DNA of 60,886 nucleotides from Escherichia coli (GTDB lineage Bacteria; Pseudomonadota; Gammaproteobacteria; Enterobacterales; Enterobacteriaceae): NCBI RefSeq assembly GCF_003334385.1, contig NZ_QOWN01000028.1; one strand, 5' to 3'. Shown piece by piece: positions 1 to 13,723 of this stretch (position 1 is its first letter; each line of letters starts with the position of its first letter). The notes under the pieces were generated by a model. It saw only the letters and a program-made list of their open reading frames with translations, ran no database searches and was not told where the DNA came from. The position numbers and the translations under genes were made by a program.

Positions 1-3000
1 ATATCACCGGCGACAGCGCAACGGTGGATAACAAGGGCACCATGACCGTCACCGATCCGGAGTCCATCGGTATCCAGATTGACGGCGACCAGGCCATCGT
101 CAATAACGAAGGCGAGAGCACTATCACCAATGGCGGCACCGGCACTCAGATCAACGGTAACGACGCCACCGCGAATAACAGTGGAAAAACCACTGTTGAT
201 GGAAAAGATTCCACGGGTACCAAAATCGCGGGCAATATCGGCATTGTAAATCTGGATGGTAGCCTGACTGTTACAGGCGGTGCGCATGGTGTTGAGAACA
301 TTGGTGACAACGGCACGGTTAACAACAAAGGAGATATTGTTGTTTCCGATACTGGATCGATTGGCGTGCTCATCAACGGTGAGGGGGCAACAGTATCCAA
401 TACGGGTGATGTTAACGTTAGCAATGAAGCGACAGGGTTCAGCATCACAACCAACAGTGGGAAGGTTTCGCTGGCAGGCAGTATGCAGGTTGGCGATTTC
501 TCGACCGGGGTAGATCTTAATGGCAACAATAACAGCGTGACGCTGGCGGCAAAAGATCTAAAAGTGGTCGGGCAGAAAGCGACGGGCATAAACGTTTCTG
601 GCGATGCGAATACAGTGAATATCACTGGTAACGTTCTGGTTGATAAGGATAAAACCGCAGACAATGCGGCGGAATATTTCTTCGATCCATCCGTGGGTAT
701 CAACGTTTACGGCAGTGATAATAACGTGACGCTGGATGGAAAGTTAACTGTTGTATCAGACAGTGAGGTTACTTCTCGTCAGAGTAATTTATTTGATGGC
801 AGCGCAGAGAAAACGTCAGGTCTGGTTGTGATTGGCGATGGCAATACCGTTAATATGAATGGTGGACTTGAACTGATTGGAGAGAAAAACGCGCTTGCAG
901 ATGGGTCGCAGGTTACTTCCTTGCGCACAGGATATAGTTATACCAGCGTTATTGTCGTTAGTGGTGAGTCGTCGGTATATCTGAATGGAGATACGACAAT
1001 CAGCGGAGAATTCCCTCTGGGGTTTGCCGGGGTTATTCGGGTACAGGATAAAGCTTTGCTGGAAATTGGCAGTGGCGCTACGCTAACAATGCAGGATATT
1101 GACAGTTTTGAACATCATGGGACAAGAACCCCAGAACTTACTTATGCTGATTCCGGTGCGAAAATTGTTAATAAAGGTACTGTTGAAATTCAGAATTTAG
1201 GTTTTGCTTTTGTTACTGGTGAAAATACAACAGGTATAAATAGTGGCACGATCTCGTTATTACAAAATGGTAAAGATCCGGCACCGTCTCCCATTGTTTT
1301 ACTGGCTACTAACGGAGGGAGCGCCACTAATGCAGGTACGATCACAGGTAAAGTGACGGAACAACATAGCGTATTTAACAAGTATTCAACGGGCACATCG
1401 AATTCATTTATTTTTAATAACGATGTCAGTAGCATAACAGGGTTAGTCGCTCAATCGAATAGCACAATTATCAATACTGACAGCGGCATCATTGATTTGT
1501 ATGGTCGTGGTAGTGTCGGCATGCTTGCTATAGCAGATTCAACAGCAGAAAATCAGGGTAAAATTACACTGGATTCTATGTGGGTAGATGCAAATGACAC
1601 TACCGCAATGCGAGATATAGCTAGCAACAGCGCCATTGACTTCGGTACAGGTGTGGGAGTTGGTACTGATAGTTATAGTGGTGCAGGGAAAAATGCAACA
1701 GCAATTAACCAATTGGGCGGTGTTATAACTATTTATAACGCCGGCGCAGGTATGGCGGCCTATGGCGCCAGCAATACAGTTATTAACCAGGGGACGATTA
1801 ACCTCGAAAAAAATGGTAATTATGACGATAGTCTGGCAGCAAATACTCTGGTAGGGATGGCTGTTTATGAGCATGGTACTGCTATCAACGACCAGACGGG
1901 TGTTATCAATATCAATGTTGGTACTGGTCAGGCGTTTTATAACGATGGCACAGGAACAATTGTTAACTATGGTACAATCTGCACTTTCGGCGTGTGCCAA
2001 TCGGGGAATGAGTACAATAATACAGATGATTTCACCTCACTGATCTATACCGGTGGCGATACGATTACACGAAGCGGAGAAACTGTAACGCTAAATAAAT
2101 CTGCTGCTGTGACTGATAAGCTGGCTGGGAATGTTGTTAATAGCGGAACGCTTTCCGGTGATCAAATTACGGTATCAAGCGGTCTTCTGGAAAATACCAG
2201 CGGTGGCATCATCAATAACTTAGTAAAACTTGACAAGGGTGCCGTCATTAAAAATGCCGGGGTGATGACGAATAACGTCGATGTTAGCGGTGGAATCCTC
2301 AATAATGCCGGAGAAATGACTGCGCAAATTACCATGAATGCTGGTGCTGATAGTTCGTTAGTGAACAACACCGGAACCATCAATAAAATCGTGCAGAACG
2401 CGGGGGTATTCAATAATAGTGGCAGTGTAACAGGGCGGATGATGTCGGCTGGCGGGGTCTTTAATAATCAAACTGACGGGGCGATTATGAGAGGTGCTGC
2501 GCTGACAGGTACTGCAGTGGCAAATAACGAAGGAACCTGGAACCTCGGAAGTAGTAGTGAGGGTAACAACACCGGGATGCTGGAAGTTAATAATAATTCA
2601 GCTTTCAATAACCGCGGCGAGTTTATTCTTGATAACGACAAGAATGCTGTGCACATCAACCAGTCCGGTACGCTTTATAATACCGGTCACATGAACATCA
2701 GTAATTCTTCCCACAACGGAGCCGTTAATATGTGGGGCGGAAATGGTCGTTTTATCAATGACGGAACGATTGATGTTTCTGCGAAGTCACTGGTAGTCAG
2801 CGCTAATAATGCCGGCGATCAGAATGCCTTCTTCTGGAACCAGGATAACGGGGTCATCAACTTCGATCACGACAGCGCCAGTGCCGTGAAAGTCACCCAC
2901 AGCAACTTTATTGCCCAGAATGACGGCATCATGAACATCAGCGGCACCGGTGCTGTGGCTATGGAAGGTGATAAGAACGCGCAGCTGGTTAACAATGGCA

Positions 3001-4676
3001 CCATCAACCTCGGTACCGCAGGCACTACTGACACGGGTATGATCGGTATGCAACTCGATGCCAACGCCACGGCGGATGCGGTAATCGAAAACAACGGCAC
3101 CATCAATATCTTCGCCAATGACTCGTTTGCATTTAGCGTACTGGGTACAGTAGGTCATGTGGTTAACAACGGCACGGTGGTGATTGCCGATGGGGTTACG
3201 GGTTCTGGACTGATCAAGCAGGGCGACAGCATCAATGTTGAAGGTATGAACGGTAACAACGGTAATAGCAGCGAAGTGCATTATGGCGACTATACGTTGC
3301 CGGATGTGCCGAAGCCCAATACGGTTAGTGTAACGTCGGGAAGTGATGAGGCTGGTGGCAGCATGAACAACCTCAACGGCTATGTCGTCGGTACCAACGT
3401 TAACGGCAGCGCCGGGAAGCTGAAGGTTAACAATGCCAGCATGAACGGCGTGGAGATTAACACGGGCTTTACCGCTGGTACGGCAGACACCACTGTGAGT
3501 TTTGATAACGTAGTGGAAGGTAGCAACCTGACCGACGCTGACGCCATCACCTCAACGTCCGTGGTATGGACTGCCAAAGGCAGCACCGATGCCAGCGGTA
3601 ACGTTGACGTCACCATGAGCAAAAATGCCTACACCGATGTGGCAACAGATGCCTCGGTGAATGACATCGCGAAAGCACTGGATGCGGGTTACACCAACAA
3701 CGAACTGTTTACCAGCCTGAACGTCGGCACGACTGCTGAACTGAACAGTGCTCTGAAACAGGTCAGCGGTAGCCAGGCGACCACGGTATTCCGCGAAGCG
3801 CGCGTGTTAAGCAACCGCTTTAGTATGCTGGCAGATGCCGCGCCGAAAGTGGGTAACGGTCTGGCGTTCAACGTTGTCGCGAAAGGCGATCCGCGTGCCG
3901 AGTTAGGTAATAATACCGAATACGACATGCTGGCATTGCGTAAAACTATCGACCTGAGCGAAAGCCAGACGATGAGTCTGGAGTACGGTATCGCTCGTCT
4001 CGATGGTGATGGTGCGCAGAAAGCGGGTGATAATGGCGTTACAGGCGGTTATAGCCAGTTTTTTGGCCTGAAACATCAGATGTCGTTCGATAACGGCATG
4101 AACTGGAATAACGCCTTGCGTTACGACGTTCACAACCTTGACAGCAGCCGCTCGATTGCATTTGGCAACACGAACAAAACGGCTGATACCGACGTGAAAC
4201 AGCAGTACCTGGAGTTCCGCAGCGAAGGGGCGAAGACTTTCGAACCGAGCGAAGGACTGAAGGTTACGCCATATGCGGGTGTAAAACTGCGTCACACACT
4301 GGAAGGTGGCTATCAGGAGCGCAATGCCGGAGACTTTAACCTGAATATGAACAGTGGCAGCGAAACGGCGGTGGACAGCATCGTCGGGCTGAAACTGGAC
4401 TACGCAGGTAAAGACGGCTGGAGCGCTAGCGCTACGCTGGAAGGCGGGCCGAACCTGAGCTACGCGAAGAGCCAGCGTACGGCAAGCCTGGCAGGCGCAG
4501 GCAGTCAGCACTTTAACGTCGATGACGGTCAGAAGGGCGGCGGCATCAATAGCCTGACAAGCGTCGGCGTGAAGTACAGCAGCAAAGAAAGTTCGCTGAA
4601 TCTGGATGCGTACAACTGGAAAGAGGATGGCATCAGCGATAAAGGCGTGATGCTGAACTTCAAGAAAACGTTCTAA
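1..4676 (+). CDS. ydbA: Autotransporter (YdbA-like), 5'-truncated by the window edge; Gly/Asn/Thr/Ser-rich repetitive passenger domain plus C-terminal beta-barrel translocator
   Basis: ORF track 24..4676 (1550 aa); the frame stays open upstream to position 3, so the gene starts outside the window. The product is dominated by recurring VNN-G-I-type motifs typical of beta-helical passenger domains. Last ~300 aa are rich in alternating aromatic/hydrophobic residues and end in a C-terminal Phe (..FKKTF), consistent with an outer-membrane barrel. Confidence 0.8.
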   Translation, partial: ITGDSATVDNKGTMTVTDPESIGIQIDGDQAIVNNEGESTITNGGTGTQINGNDATANNSGKTTVDGKDSTGTKIAGNIGIVNLDGSLTVTGGAHGVENIGDNGTVNNKGDIVVSDTGSIGVLINGEGATVSNTGDVNVSNEATGFSITTNSGKVSLAGSMQVGDFSTGVDLNGNNNSVTLAAKDLKVVGQKATGINVSGDANTVNITGNVLVDKDKTADNAAEYFFDPSVGINVYGSDNNVTLDGKLTVVSDSEVTSRQSNLFDGSAEKTSGLVVIGDGNTVNMNGGLELIGEKNALADGSQVTSLRTGYSYTSVIVVSGESSVYLNGDTTISGEFPLGFAGVIRVQDKALLEIGSGATLTMQDIDSFEHHGTRTPELTYADSGAKIVNKGTVEIQNLGFAFVTGENTTGINSGTISLLQNGKDPAPSPIVLLATNGGSATNAGTITGKVTEQHSVFNKYSTGTSNSFIFNNDVSSITGLVAQSNSTIINTDSGIIDLYGRGSVGMLAIADSTAENQGKITLDSMWVDANDTTAMRDIASNSAIDFGTGVGVGTDSYSGAGKNATAINQLGGVITIYNAGAGMAAYGASNTVINQGTINLEKNGNYDDSLAANTLVGMAVYEHGTAINDQTGVININVGTGQAFYNDGTGTIVNYGTICTFGVCQSGNEYNNTDDFTSLIYTGGDTITRSGETVTLNKSAAVTDKLAGNVVNSGTLSGDQITVSSGLLENTSGGIINNLVKLDKGAVIKNAGVMTNNVDVSGGILNNAGEMTAQITMNAGADSSLVNNTGTINKIVQNAGVFNNSGSVTGRMMSAGGVFNNQTDGAIMRGAALTGTAVANNEGTWNLGSSSEGNNTGMLEVNNNSAFNNRGEFILDNDKNAVHINQSGTLYNTGHMNISNSSHNGAVNMWGGNGRFINDGTIDVSAKSLVVSANNAGDQNAFFWNQDNGVINFDHDSASAVKVTHSNFIAQNDGIMNISGTGAVAMEGDKNAQLVNNGTINLGTAGTTDTGMIGMQLDANATADAVIENNGTINIFANDSFAFSVLGTVGHVVNNGTVVIADGVTGSGLIKQGDSINVEGMNGNNGNSSEVHYGDYTLPDVPKPNTVSVTSGSDEAGGSMNNLNGYVVGTNVNGSAGKLKVNNASMNGVEINTGFTAGTADTTVSFDNVVEGSNLTDADAITSTSVVWTAKGSTDASGNVDVTMSKNAYTDVATDASVNDIAKALDAGYTNNELFTSLNVGTTAELNSALKQVSGSQATTVFREARVLSNRFSMLADAAPKVGNGLAFNVVAKGDPRAELGNNTEYDMLALRKTIDLSESQTMSLEYGIARLDGDGAQKAGDNGVTGGYSQFFGLKHQMSFDNGMNWNNALRYDVHNLDSSRSIAFGNTNKTADTDVKQQYLEFRSEGAKTFEPSEGLKVTPYAGVKLRHTLEGGYQERNAGDFNLNMNSGSETAVDSIVGLKLDYAGKDGWSASATLEGGPNLSYAKSQRTASLAGAGSQHFNVDDGQKGGGINSLTSVGVKYSSKESSLNLDAYNWKEDGISDKGVMLNFKKTF

Positions 4677-4696
4677 TTTTTAGCATGTGATCCCTA

Positions 4697-4730
4697 AACC
4701 GCAACGCTGATACAGGTTGCGGTTTTTTTA
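4697..4730 (+). terminator. Rho-independent terminator after ydbA
   Basis: Inverted repeat AACCGCAAC...GTTGCGGTT followed by a run of 7 T, 20 nt after the ydbA stop. Confidence 0.6.
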
Positions 4731-4883
4731 TTGCCGGATGTGGTACGTGACGCGTTTTGTTTTGTGTCTTTCAGGACAATAGAGCAACTCATCCAGTAAT
4801 CTTGTTTACACCTTCGCATTATTTATCTCTTTTCGTTTCTATACTGATTTTTCTTAATCCGTTTTATTACAGGGCAGGGTGCG

Positions 4884-5744
4884 ATGAGCAGCAATACATT
4901 TACTCTCGGTACAAAATCCGTTAACCGTCTTGGTTATGGCGCGATGCAACTGGCAGGTCCTGGAGTTTTTGGCCCCCCACGAGATCGCCACGTCGCTATA
5001 ACCGTGCTGCGTGAGGCGCTGGCATTGGGCGTCAATCATATTGATACCAGCGACTTTTATGGTCCGCACGTCACCAATCAGATTATCCGCGAAGCGCTTT
5101 ATCCTTACTCTGACGACCTGACAATTGTCACTAAAATTGGTGCGCGGCGTGGAGAGGACGCATCCTGGTTGCCCGCATTTTCTCCGGCAGAGCTGCAAAA
5201 AGCGGTGCACGATAATCTACGTAATCTCGGGCTGGACGTGCTGGATGTGGTTAACCTGCGCGTTATGATGGGGGATGGTCATGGCCCAGCGGAAGGATCG
5301 ATTGAGGCCAGCCTGACCGTGCTGGCAGAGATGCAACAACAAGGCCTGGTAAAACATATTGGCCTGAGCAACGTCACACCGACGCAGGTTGCAGAGGCGC
5401 GCAAGATTGCCGAAATTGTCTGTGTGCAAAACGAATACAACATCGCGCACCGTGCTGATGATGCAATGATTGATGCTTTGGCCCACGATGGCATTGCCTA
5501 CGTGCCGTTCTTCCCGCTCGGGGGCTTTACACCGCTGCAATCGTCCACACTTTCCGATGTTGCTGCGAGCCTGGGTGCAACACCAATGCAGGTGGCGCTG
5601 GCGTGGCTGTTACAGCGTTCACCGAATATTTTGCTGATCCCAGGGACGTCTTCGGTTGCGCATTTACGGGAGAATATGGCTGCTGAAAAATTGCATCTTT
5701 CTGAGGAAGTGTTGTCTACGTTGGATGGTATTTCGCGAGAATAA
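4884..5744 (+). CDS. ydbC: Aldo-keto reductase family oxidoreductase
   Basis: 286-aa ORF with ATG at 4884 and a G-rich ribosome-binding site; N-terminus and length fit the aldo-keto reductase fold. Confidence 0.88.
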   Translation: MSSNTFTLGTKSVNRLGYGAMQLAGPGVFGPPRDRHVAITVLREALALGVNHIDTSDFYGPHVTNQIIREALYPYSDDLTIVTKIGARRGEDASWLPAFSPAELQKAVHDNLRNLGLDVLDVVNLRVMMGDGHGPAEGSIEASLTVLAEMQQQGLVKHIGLSNVTPTQVAEARKIAEIVCVQNEYNIAHRADDAMIDALAHDGIAYVPFFPLGGFTPLQSSTLSDVAASLGATPMQVALAWLLQRSPNILLIPGTSSVAHLRENMAAEKLHLSEEVLSTLDGISRE

Positions 5745-5757
5745 CGAATATACAAAA

Positions 5758-5783
5758 GGGAAAGATGCATTTCCCTTTTTTTC
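5758..5783 (+). terminator. Rho-independent terminator after ydbC
   Basis: GGGAAA-gatgca-TTTCCC hairpin followed by a T-run. Confidence 0.6.
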
Positions 5784-5806
5784 TTTTTTAATGGCATGGA
5801 GTGCAT

Positions 5807-8113
5807 ATGTTTAAGGCCAGGAATTGCGGCTGGATACGTTTACTGCCCCTGTTTATGCTGAGTCTACCAGTACAGGCGGAACTTCGATGTGTTGCAAATG
5901 CAGTTGATATTGAATCATTTTTTTCTGCGGCTACCGCTGAAGATAAACAACAAGTTGAACAAGCTATCAACAGTAGCGTGAATCTTGTCCCCTTCGGTTT
6001 ATCTGCATCGAACTGGAAAGTGCATCGTGGCGATTTAGTGGTAGAAGGTAATATAGAGAGTAATCAAAAATTGATTGTTCTTGGGAATTTGACAGTCAAA
6101 GGTAATATTTCCACTTTCTCTCTTTCTAATCCATGGGTTATTCTCGGTAACGTGACGGCAACGAATATAGTTGCGGATTCACCACTGTTAATTACCGGTT
6201 CGATAAATGCAAGTGGACTGGTATTTATCGACTCATATTACGATAATCCGTCTACGATTAAGGGGAGTATTAATGCGCGTGGGATATTTATCAATGACAT
6301 AATTGCACCTGTTGTTGCGTCTTCGACAAATAGTGAATTCATGGTCCGTGCGAGTGACAAACATGACACTGAAAATGTCAAAAAAGCGCTGATGATAATA
6401 AATCCTGATGCATATTATTGGGGGCTAATTAATGATGAAGATGCTCTGAAAGAAATTTTTAAGCGAAGCAATATTCGCATGGCAGGGAATGTCTGTAATC
6501 AGATGAAAAAAGAAGCGCTGTTTCGCCCTAAGCCTTCTCCTGAGTTAGTGCAAGAATTGCAAATGCTGGATGAAGGCAAAGTTGCTGCATTTGAAGGACG
6601 AGACATTGCGACATTTGATCTTGCCGTAATGCGAACTCTCCCAAGGCTTAAAGGAATTTCAGCTAACCTACGCAAACAACTTATTAATAGCAATGATGAA
6701 CAAACGATTGAAAGTATGGCGAGATATATGCCTGACAATGAGATTCTGGAGTTGACCGATCAGCAATTGGGTTACCAGCCTGTTGTTCTGGGGTTGCTCG
6801 ACCGTGAACCGCTCTCTGTCGAAATAATGACGCGAATGAGTCGTCTACCTGATGGTGTCGGTCCGTTGAATCTTGCGCTACGTGAAAATCTCCCTCTGGA
6901 TATCGTCATGACTCTGGCGAAAAGAGATTGGGATATGATCATTCAGGAGCTTTATAAAGATGCGTGGTTATTGCCTGAATCCATTATTGATGGCTATATC
7001 CGCAGTGATGATTCCTCTATTCGTCAGGTCGGTGCTGGAGGACAACTCACCTACAATCAGGCAATGCAGTTGGCGAACGATTCATCAAACAATGTTGTCA
7101 CAAGCTTAGCGTTCAAGCTGGCAGAGATGAAACACCATGGTCAATTGTTGCGGATGACGCCACAAGAGAGTGACAAAGTTGCAGGCTATTTATACCAAAA
7201 ATTCGAGAATGACGATGATCTAATACGTGTGTTATTTTTAGCATTGCCAGATAACTTACAGTTTAATTTTGTTAAAAGGATGGAGAAAAAATCCCCGGCC
7301 TACTTTTGCTGTCGGGATATGCAGGTAATTCACTCTGACGCTGCTTTACAACGGTTATTGACACGTTTCAACGATCCTGAAGGGTGGAGTAATCTGGCGA
7401 AAAATCAGTATCTGAGCACGTCGATGAAACAAAAAATTTGGCAACGTGCTTTATCGCATCGGAAAAATAATCCGAAAGCAGATTCAGATGCATATGAAAC
7501 CAGCGCTGATATGATTTTGTCTGAGCTGATTAGCCACGGCGAAGTTGATGACCAGATGCTATTAAATGCCACCGCCCTGATACGTTCGGACGACTGGGAC
7601 TTTTTAGAGAGTGCATTAATTAGTTGGGATAATTTACCCGCTGTTGTTCTCAAGGAATTACAGCAAAACACGCCACGCAATGATATTTGGGCGAAGTTTT
7701 TTCTGAGGCAGGAAAACAGTTCCCGTGCGCAGGTTGACGAAGCGTTACGTGTTTATTATGCACTAGACCCCGATGCGTTAGCACAACTGGATGTACTGGC
7801 AAAACAACCGGATCGTATATGGTGGAGTACACTGGCGAAAAGCAATCTCACATTTTTCAAGTTCGGCGCACTTAACAACCGCCACACACCGCCTGCAGTA
7901 CTGGCGGCAGAAATTGATCCCGAGTGGTGGATTGTGGCGATGAATAATCCCCGTTTTCCAGTTGATGTATTAAAGGCGAGGCTGAAACGTGATCCTTTGC
8001 TGGCGTTAGAGCTTGTTAACCCTGAACTGGATTTAGTCCGCCAGCTGGCGCTTAACGGTAAGACGCGCGCAATACGGGAACAAGCGATGAGAAAACTTGA
8101 TGAGTTGTATTGA
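5807..8113 (+). CDS. ydbD: Large secreted protein of unknown function (YdbD)
   Basis: ORF track 5801..8113 starts at GTG; I prefer the ATG at 5807, which has a GGAG 6 nt upstream and gives 768 aa. N-terminal signal-peptide-like segment (..LLPLFMLSLPVQA/E). Confidence 0.8.
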   Translation: MFKARNCGWIRLLPLFMLSLPVQAELRCVANAVDIESFFSAATAEDKQQVEQAINSSVNLVPFGLSASNWKVHRGDLVVEGNIESNQKLIVLGNLTVKGNISTFSLSNPWVILGNVTATNIVADSPLLITGSINASGLVFIDSYYDNPSTIKGSINARGIFINDIIAPVVASSTNSEFMVRASDKHDTENVKKALMIINPDAYYWGLINDEDALKEIFKRSNIRMAGNVCNQMKKEALFRPKPSPELVQELQMLDEGKVAAFEGRDIATFDLAVMRTLPRLKGISANLRKQLINSNDEQTIESMARYMPDNEILELTDQQLGYQPVVLGLLDREPLSVEIMTRMSRLPDGVGPLNLALRENLPLDIVMTLAKRDWDMIIQELYKDAWLLPESIIDGYIRSDDSSIRQVGAGGQLTYNQAMQLANDSSNNVVTSLAFKLAEMKHHGQLLRMTPQESDKVAGYLYQKFENDDDLIRVLFLALPDNLQFNFVKRMEKKSPAYFCCRDMQVIHSDAALQRLLTRFNDPEGWSNLAKNQYLSTSMKQKIWQRALSHRKNNPKADSDAYETSADMILSELISHGEVDDQMLLNATALIRSDDWDFLESALISWDNLPAVVLKELQQNTPRNDIWAKFFLRQENSSRAQVDEALRVYYALDPDALAQLDVLAKQPDRIWWSTLAKSNLTFFKFGALNNRHTPPAVLAAEIDPEWWIVAMNNPRFPVDVLKARLKRDPLLALELVNPELDLVRQLALNGKTRAIREQAMRKLDELY

Positions 8114-8283
8114 TCCACAACGTAATGTTTTTTAACTATCTGATTAATTGGGGATAATCATTCCTGACAGTGAGTCCCCAATACCTTGATATATTCTGAA
8201 TTTTTAATGAAACGGCGTGTTGCGATATCTCCGTCAGGGGAATTGATGCACCATAGCGCAAACCGAATTATCAAGGATTGATA

Positions 8284-8889
8284 ATGACGCTCTACCAGAT
8301 AAAACCGCTCTTTCAGTCGCTGTTAAGGCCGACGATGTTTTGGCTTTATAAGCACCACGTTACAGCGAATCACATCACTCTTGCTGCACTGGCGCTTTCT
8401 CTTCTTACCGGATTGCTGTTGATGTTGGCGGCACAACCCATCCTCTTTTTGCTATTGCCCATCGTGCTTTTTATCCGTATGGCGCTCAATGCGCTGGATG
8501 GCATGTTGGCGCGTGAGTGCAACCAGCAAACACGTCTGGGGGCGATTTTGAATGAGACTGGCGATGTTATTTCCGATATTGCGCTCTATTTACCATTTTT
8601 ATTTTTACCGGAAAGTAACGCATCACTCGTGATACTCATGTTATTTTGCACCATATTGACCGAGTTTTGCGGTTTACTCGCGCAGACGATTAACGGTGTT
8701 CGCAGTTATGCCGGTCCATTTGGCAAAAGCGATCGCGCGTTAATATTTGGTCTGTGGGGTCTGGCCGTTGCCATTTATCCACAGTGGATGCAGTGGAATA
8801 ATCTTTTATGGAGCATTGCTTCAATTCTGCTTCTCTGGACTGCGATTAATCGTTGTCGGAGTGTGCTTCTTATGAGCGCTGAAATATAA
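8284..8889 (+). CDS. ynbA: CDP-alcohol phosphatidyltransferase-family inner-membrane protein
   Basis: ORF track starts at TTG 8278; ATG at 8284 has an AAGGA site upstream and gives 201 aa. Multi-pass hydrophobic protein containing a D-G-x2-A-R motif (DGMLAREC) characteristic of CDP-alcohol phosphotransferases. Confidence 0.82.
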   Translation: MTLYQIKPLFQSLLRPTMFWLYKHHVTANHITLAALALSLLTGLLLMLAAQPILFLLLPIVLFIRMALNALDGMLARECNQQTRLGAILNETGDVISDIALYLPFLFLPESNASLVILMLFCTILTEFCGLLAQTINGVRSYAGPFGKSDRALIFGLWGLAVAIYPQWMQWNNLLWSIASILLLWTAINRCRSVLLMSAEI

Positions 8890-9785
8890 TGCTGGAAAAA
8901 TCTCTGGCAACACTTTTCGCGTTGTTAATTTTAGCAACGCTGATAAACCGTTTTCTGCTATGGCGGTTACCGGAGAGAAAAGGGGGTGAGGTTACATTAC
9001 GTATTCGTACCTGGTGGGGCATCGTCATTTGTTTTTCAATGGTGATTTCAGGTCCACGCTGGATGACGTTGACGTTTTTTGCGCTGATAAGTTTTCTGGC
9101 ATTGAAAGAATATTGTACGCTTATATCTGTACATTTTCCGCGTTGGTTATATTGGGGTATTCCTCTTAACTATTTGCTTATCGGTTTTAATTGCTTTGAG
9201 CTGTTTCTGTTATTTATACCTTTGGCTGGGTTTCTGATATTAGCCACCGGGCAAGTTTTAGTGGGTGACCCCTCTGGTTTTCTGCATACCGTGAGCGCCA
9301 TTTTTTGGGGCTGGATAATGACCGTTTTCGCCTTGAGTCATGCCGCCTGGTTATTAATGTTGCCAACCACAAATATCCAGGGCGGGGCGTTACTGGTGTT
9401 ATTTCTTTTGGCATTAACCGAGTCAAACGATATTGCACAGTATTTATGGGGAAAATCCTGCGGCAGAAGAAAAGTGGTCCCTAAAGTCAGCCCGGGAAAA
9501 ACATTGGAAGGTCTGATGGGCGGCGTCATCACCATCATGATTGCGTCACTGATTATCGGACCGTTACTGACACCGCTAAATACATTACAGGCATTATTAG
9601 CGGGTTTGTTAATTGGTATTAGTGGTTTTTGCGGCGATGTCGTGATGTCAGCCATCAAACGAGATATTGGTGTTAAAGATAGCGGAAAACTATTGCCAGG
9701 ACATGGCGGACTCCTTGACAGGATTGACTCATTAATTTTCACCGCTCCGGTATTTTTTTATTTTATACGCTACTGCTGTTACTGA
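8889..9785 (+). CDS. ynbB: CdsA-like phosphatidate cytidylyltransferase-family membrane protein
   Basis: 298-aa hydrophobic ORF; its ATG overlaps the ynbA stop (TAATG), indicating translational coupling. The C-terminal region is CdsA-like. Confidence 0.82.
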   Translation: MLEKSLATLFALLILATLINRFLLWRLPERKGGEVTLRIRTWWGIVICFSMVISGPRWMTLTFFALISFLALKEYCTLISVHFPRWLYWGIPLNYLLIGFNCFELFLLFIPLAGFLILATGQVLVGDPSGFLHTVSAIFWGWIMTVFALSHAAWLLMLPTTNIQGGALLVLFLLALTESNDIAQYLWGKSCGRRKVVPKVSPGKTLEGLMGGVITIMIASLIIGPLLTPLNTLQALLAGLLIGISGFCGDVVMSAIKRDIGVKDSGKLLPGHGGLLDRIDSLIFTAPVFFYFIRYCCY

Positions 9786-9800
9786 AGGAAAATAGAGAAA

Positions 9801-12864
<3,064 letters not shown>

Positions 12865-12917
12865 GTGGATTGAGATGTGGACTGAATATCTACAGTCCAC
12901 ATCAAGACCGTGTCCGG

Positions 12918-13532
<615 letters not shown>

Positions 13533-13723
13533 TTATAGATGTTTGAATGGGCGATGCCCCGTTGCTTGTTGACACTTTATTCACAATCCTGCCACAGAGA
13601 TAGCGCAATAAATCGAAGCCTATGTTCGAATTTATTGAACAACGCATAGAAAGCCGCGATGTGGTACTCTATATCTATCATTTAAAAGAAAATTAATCAG
13701 GCAGACTACTGCCCACTAACGTT

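Noticed and set aside
3903-4511. 202-aa minus-strand ORF inside ydbA (and several similar antisense ORFs in 146..3928)
   Set aside because: Fully embedded antisense to a long, clearly coding autotransporter frame; repetitive DNA tends to stay open on the opposite strand. No independent signals.
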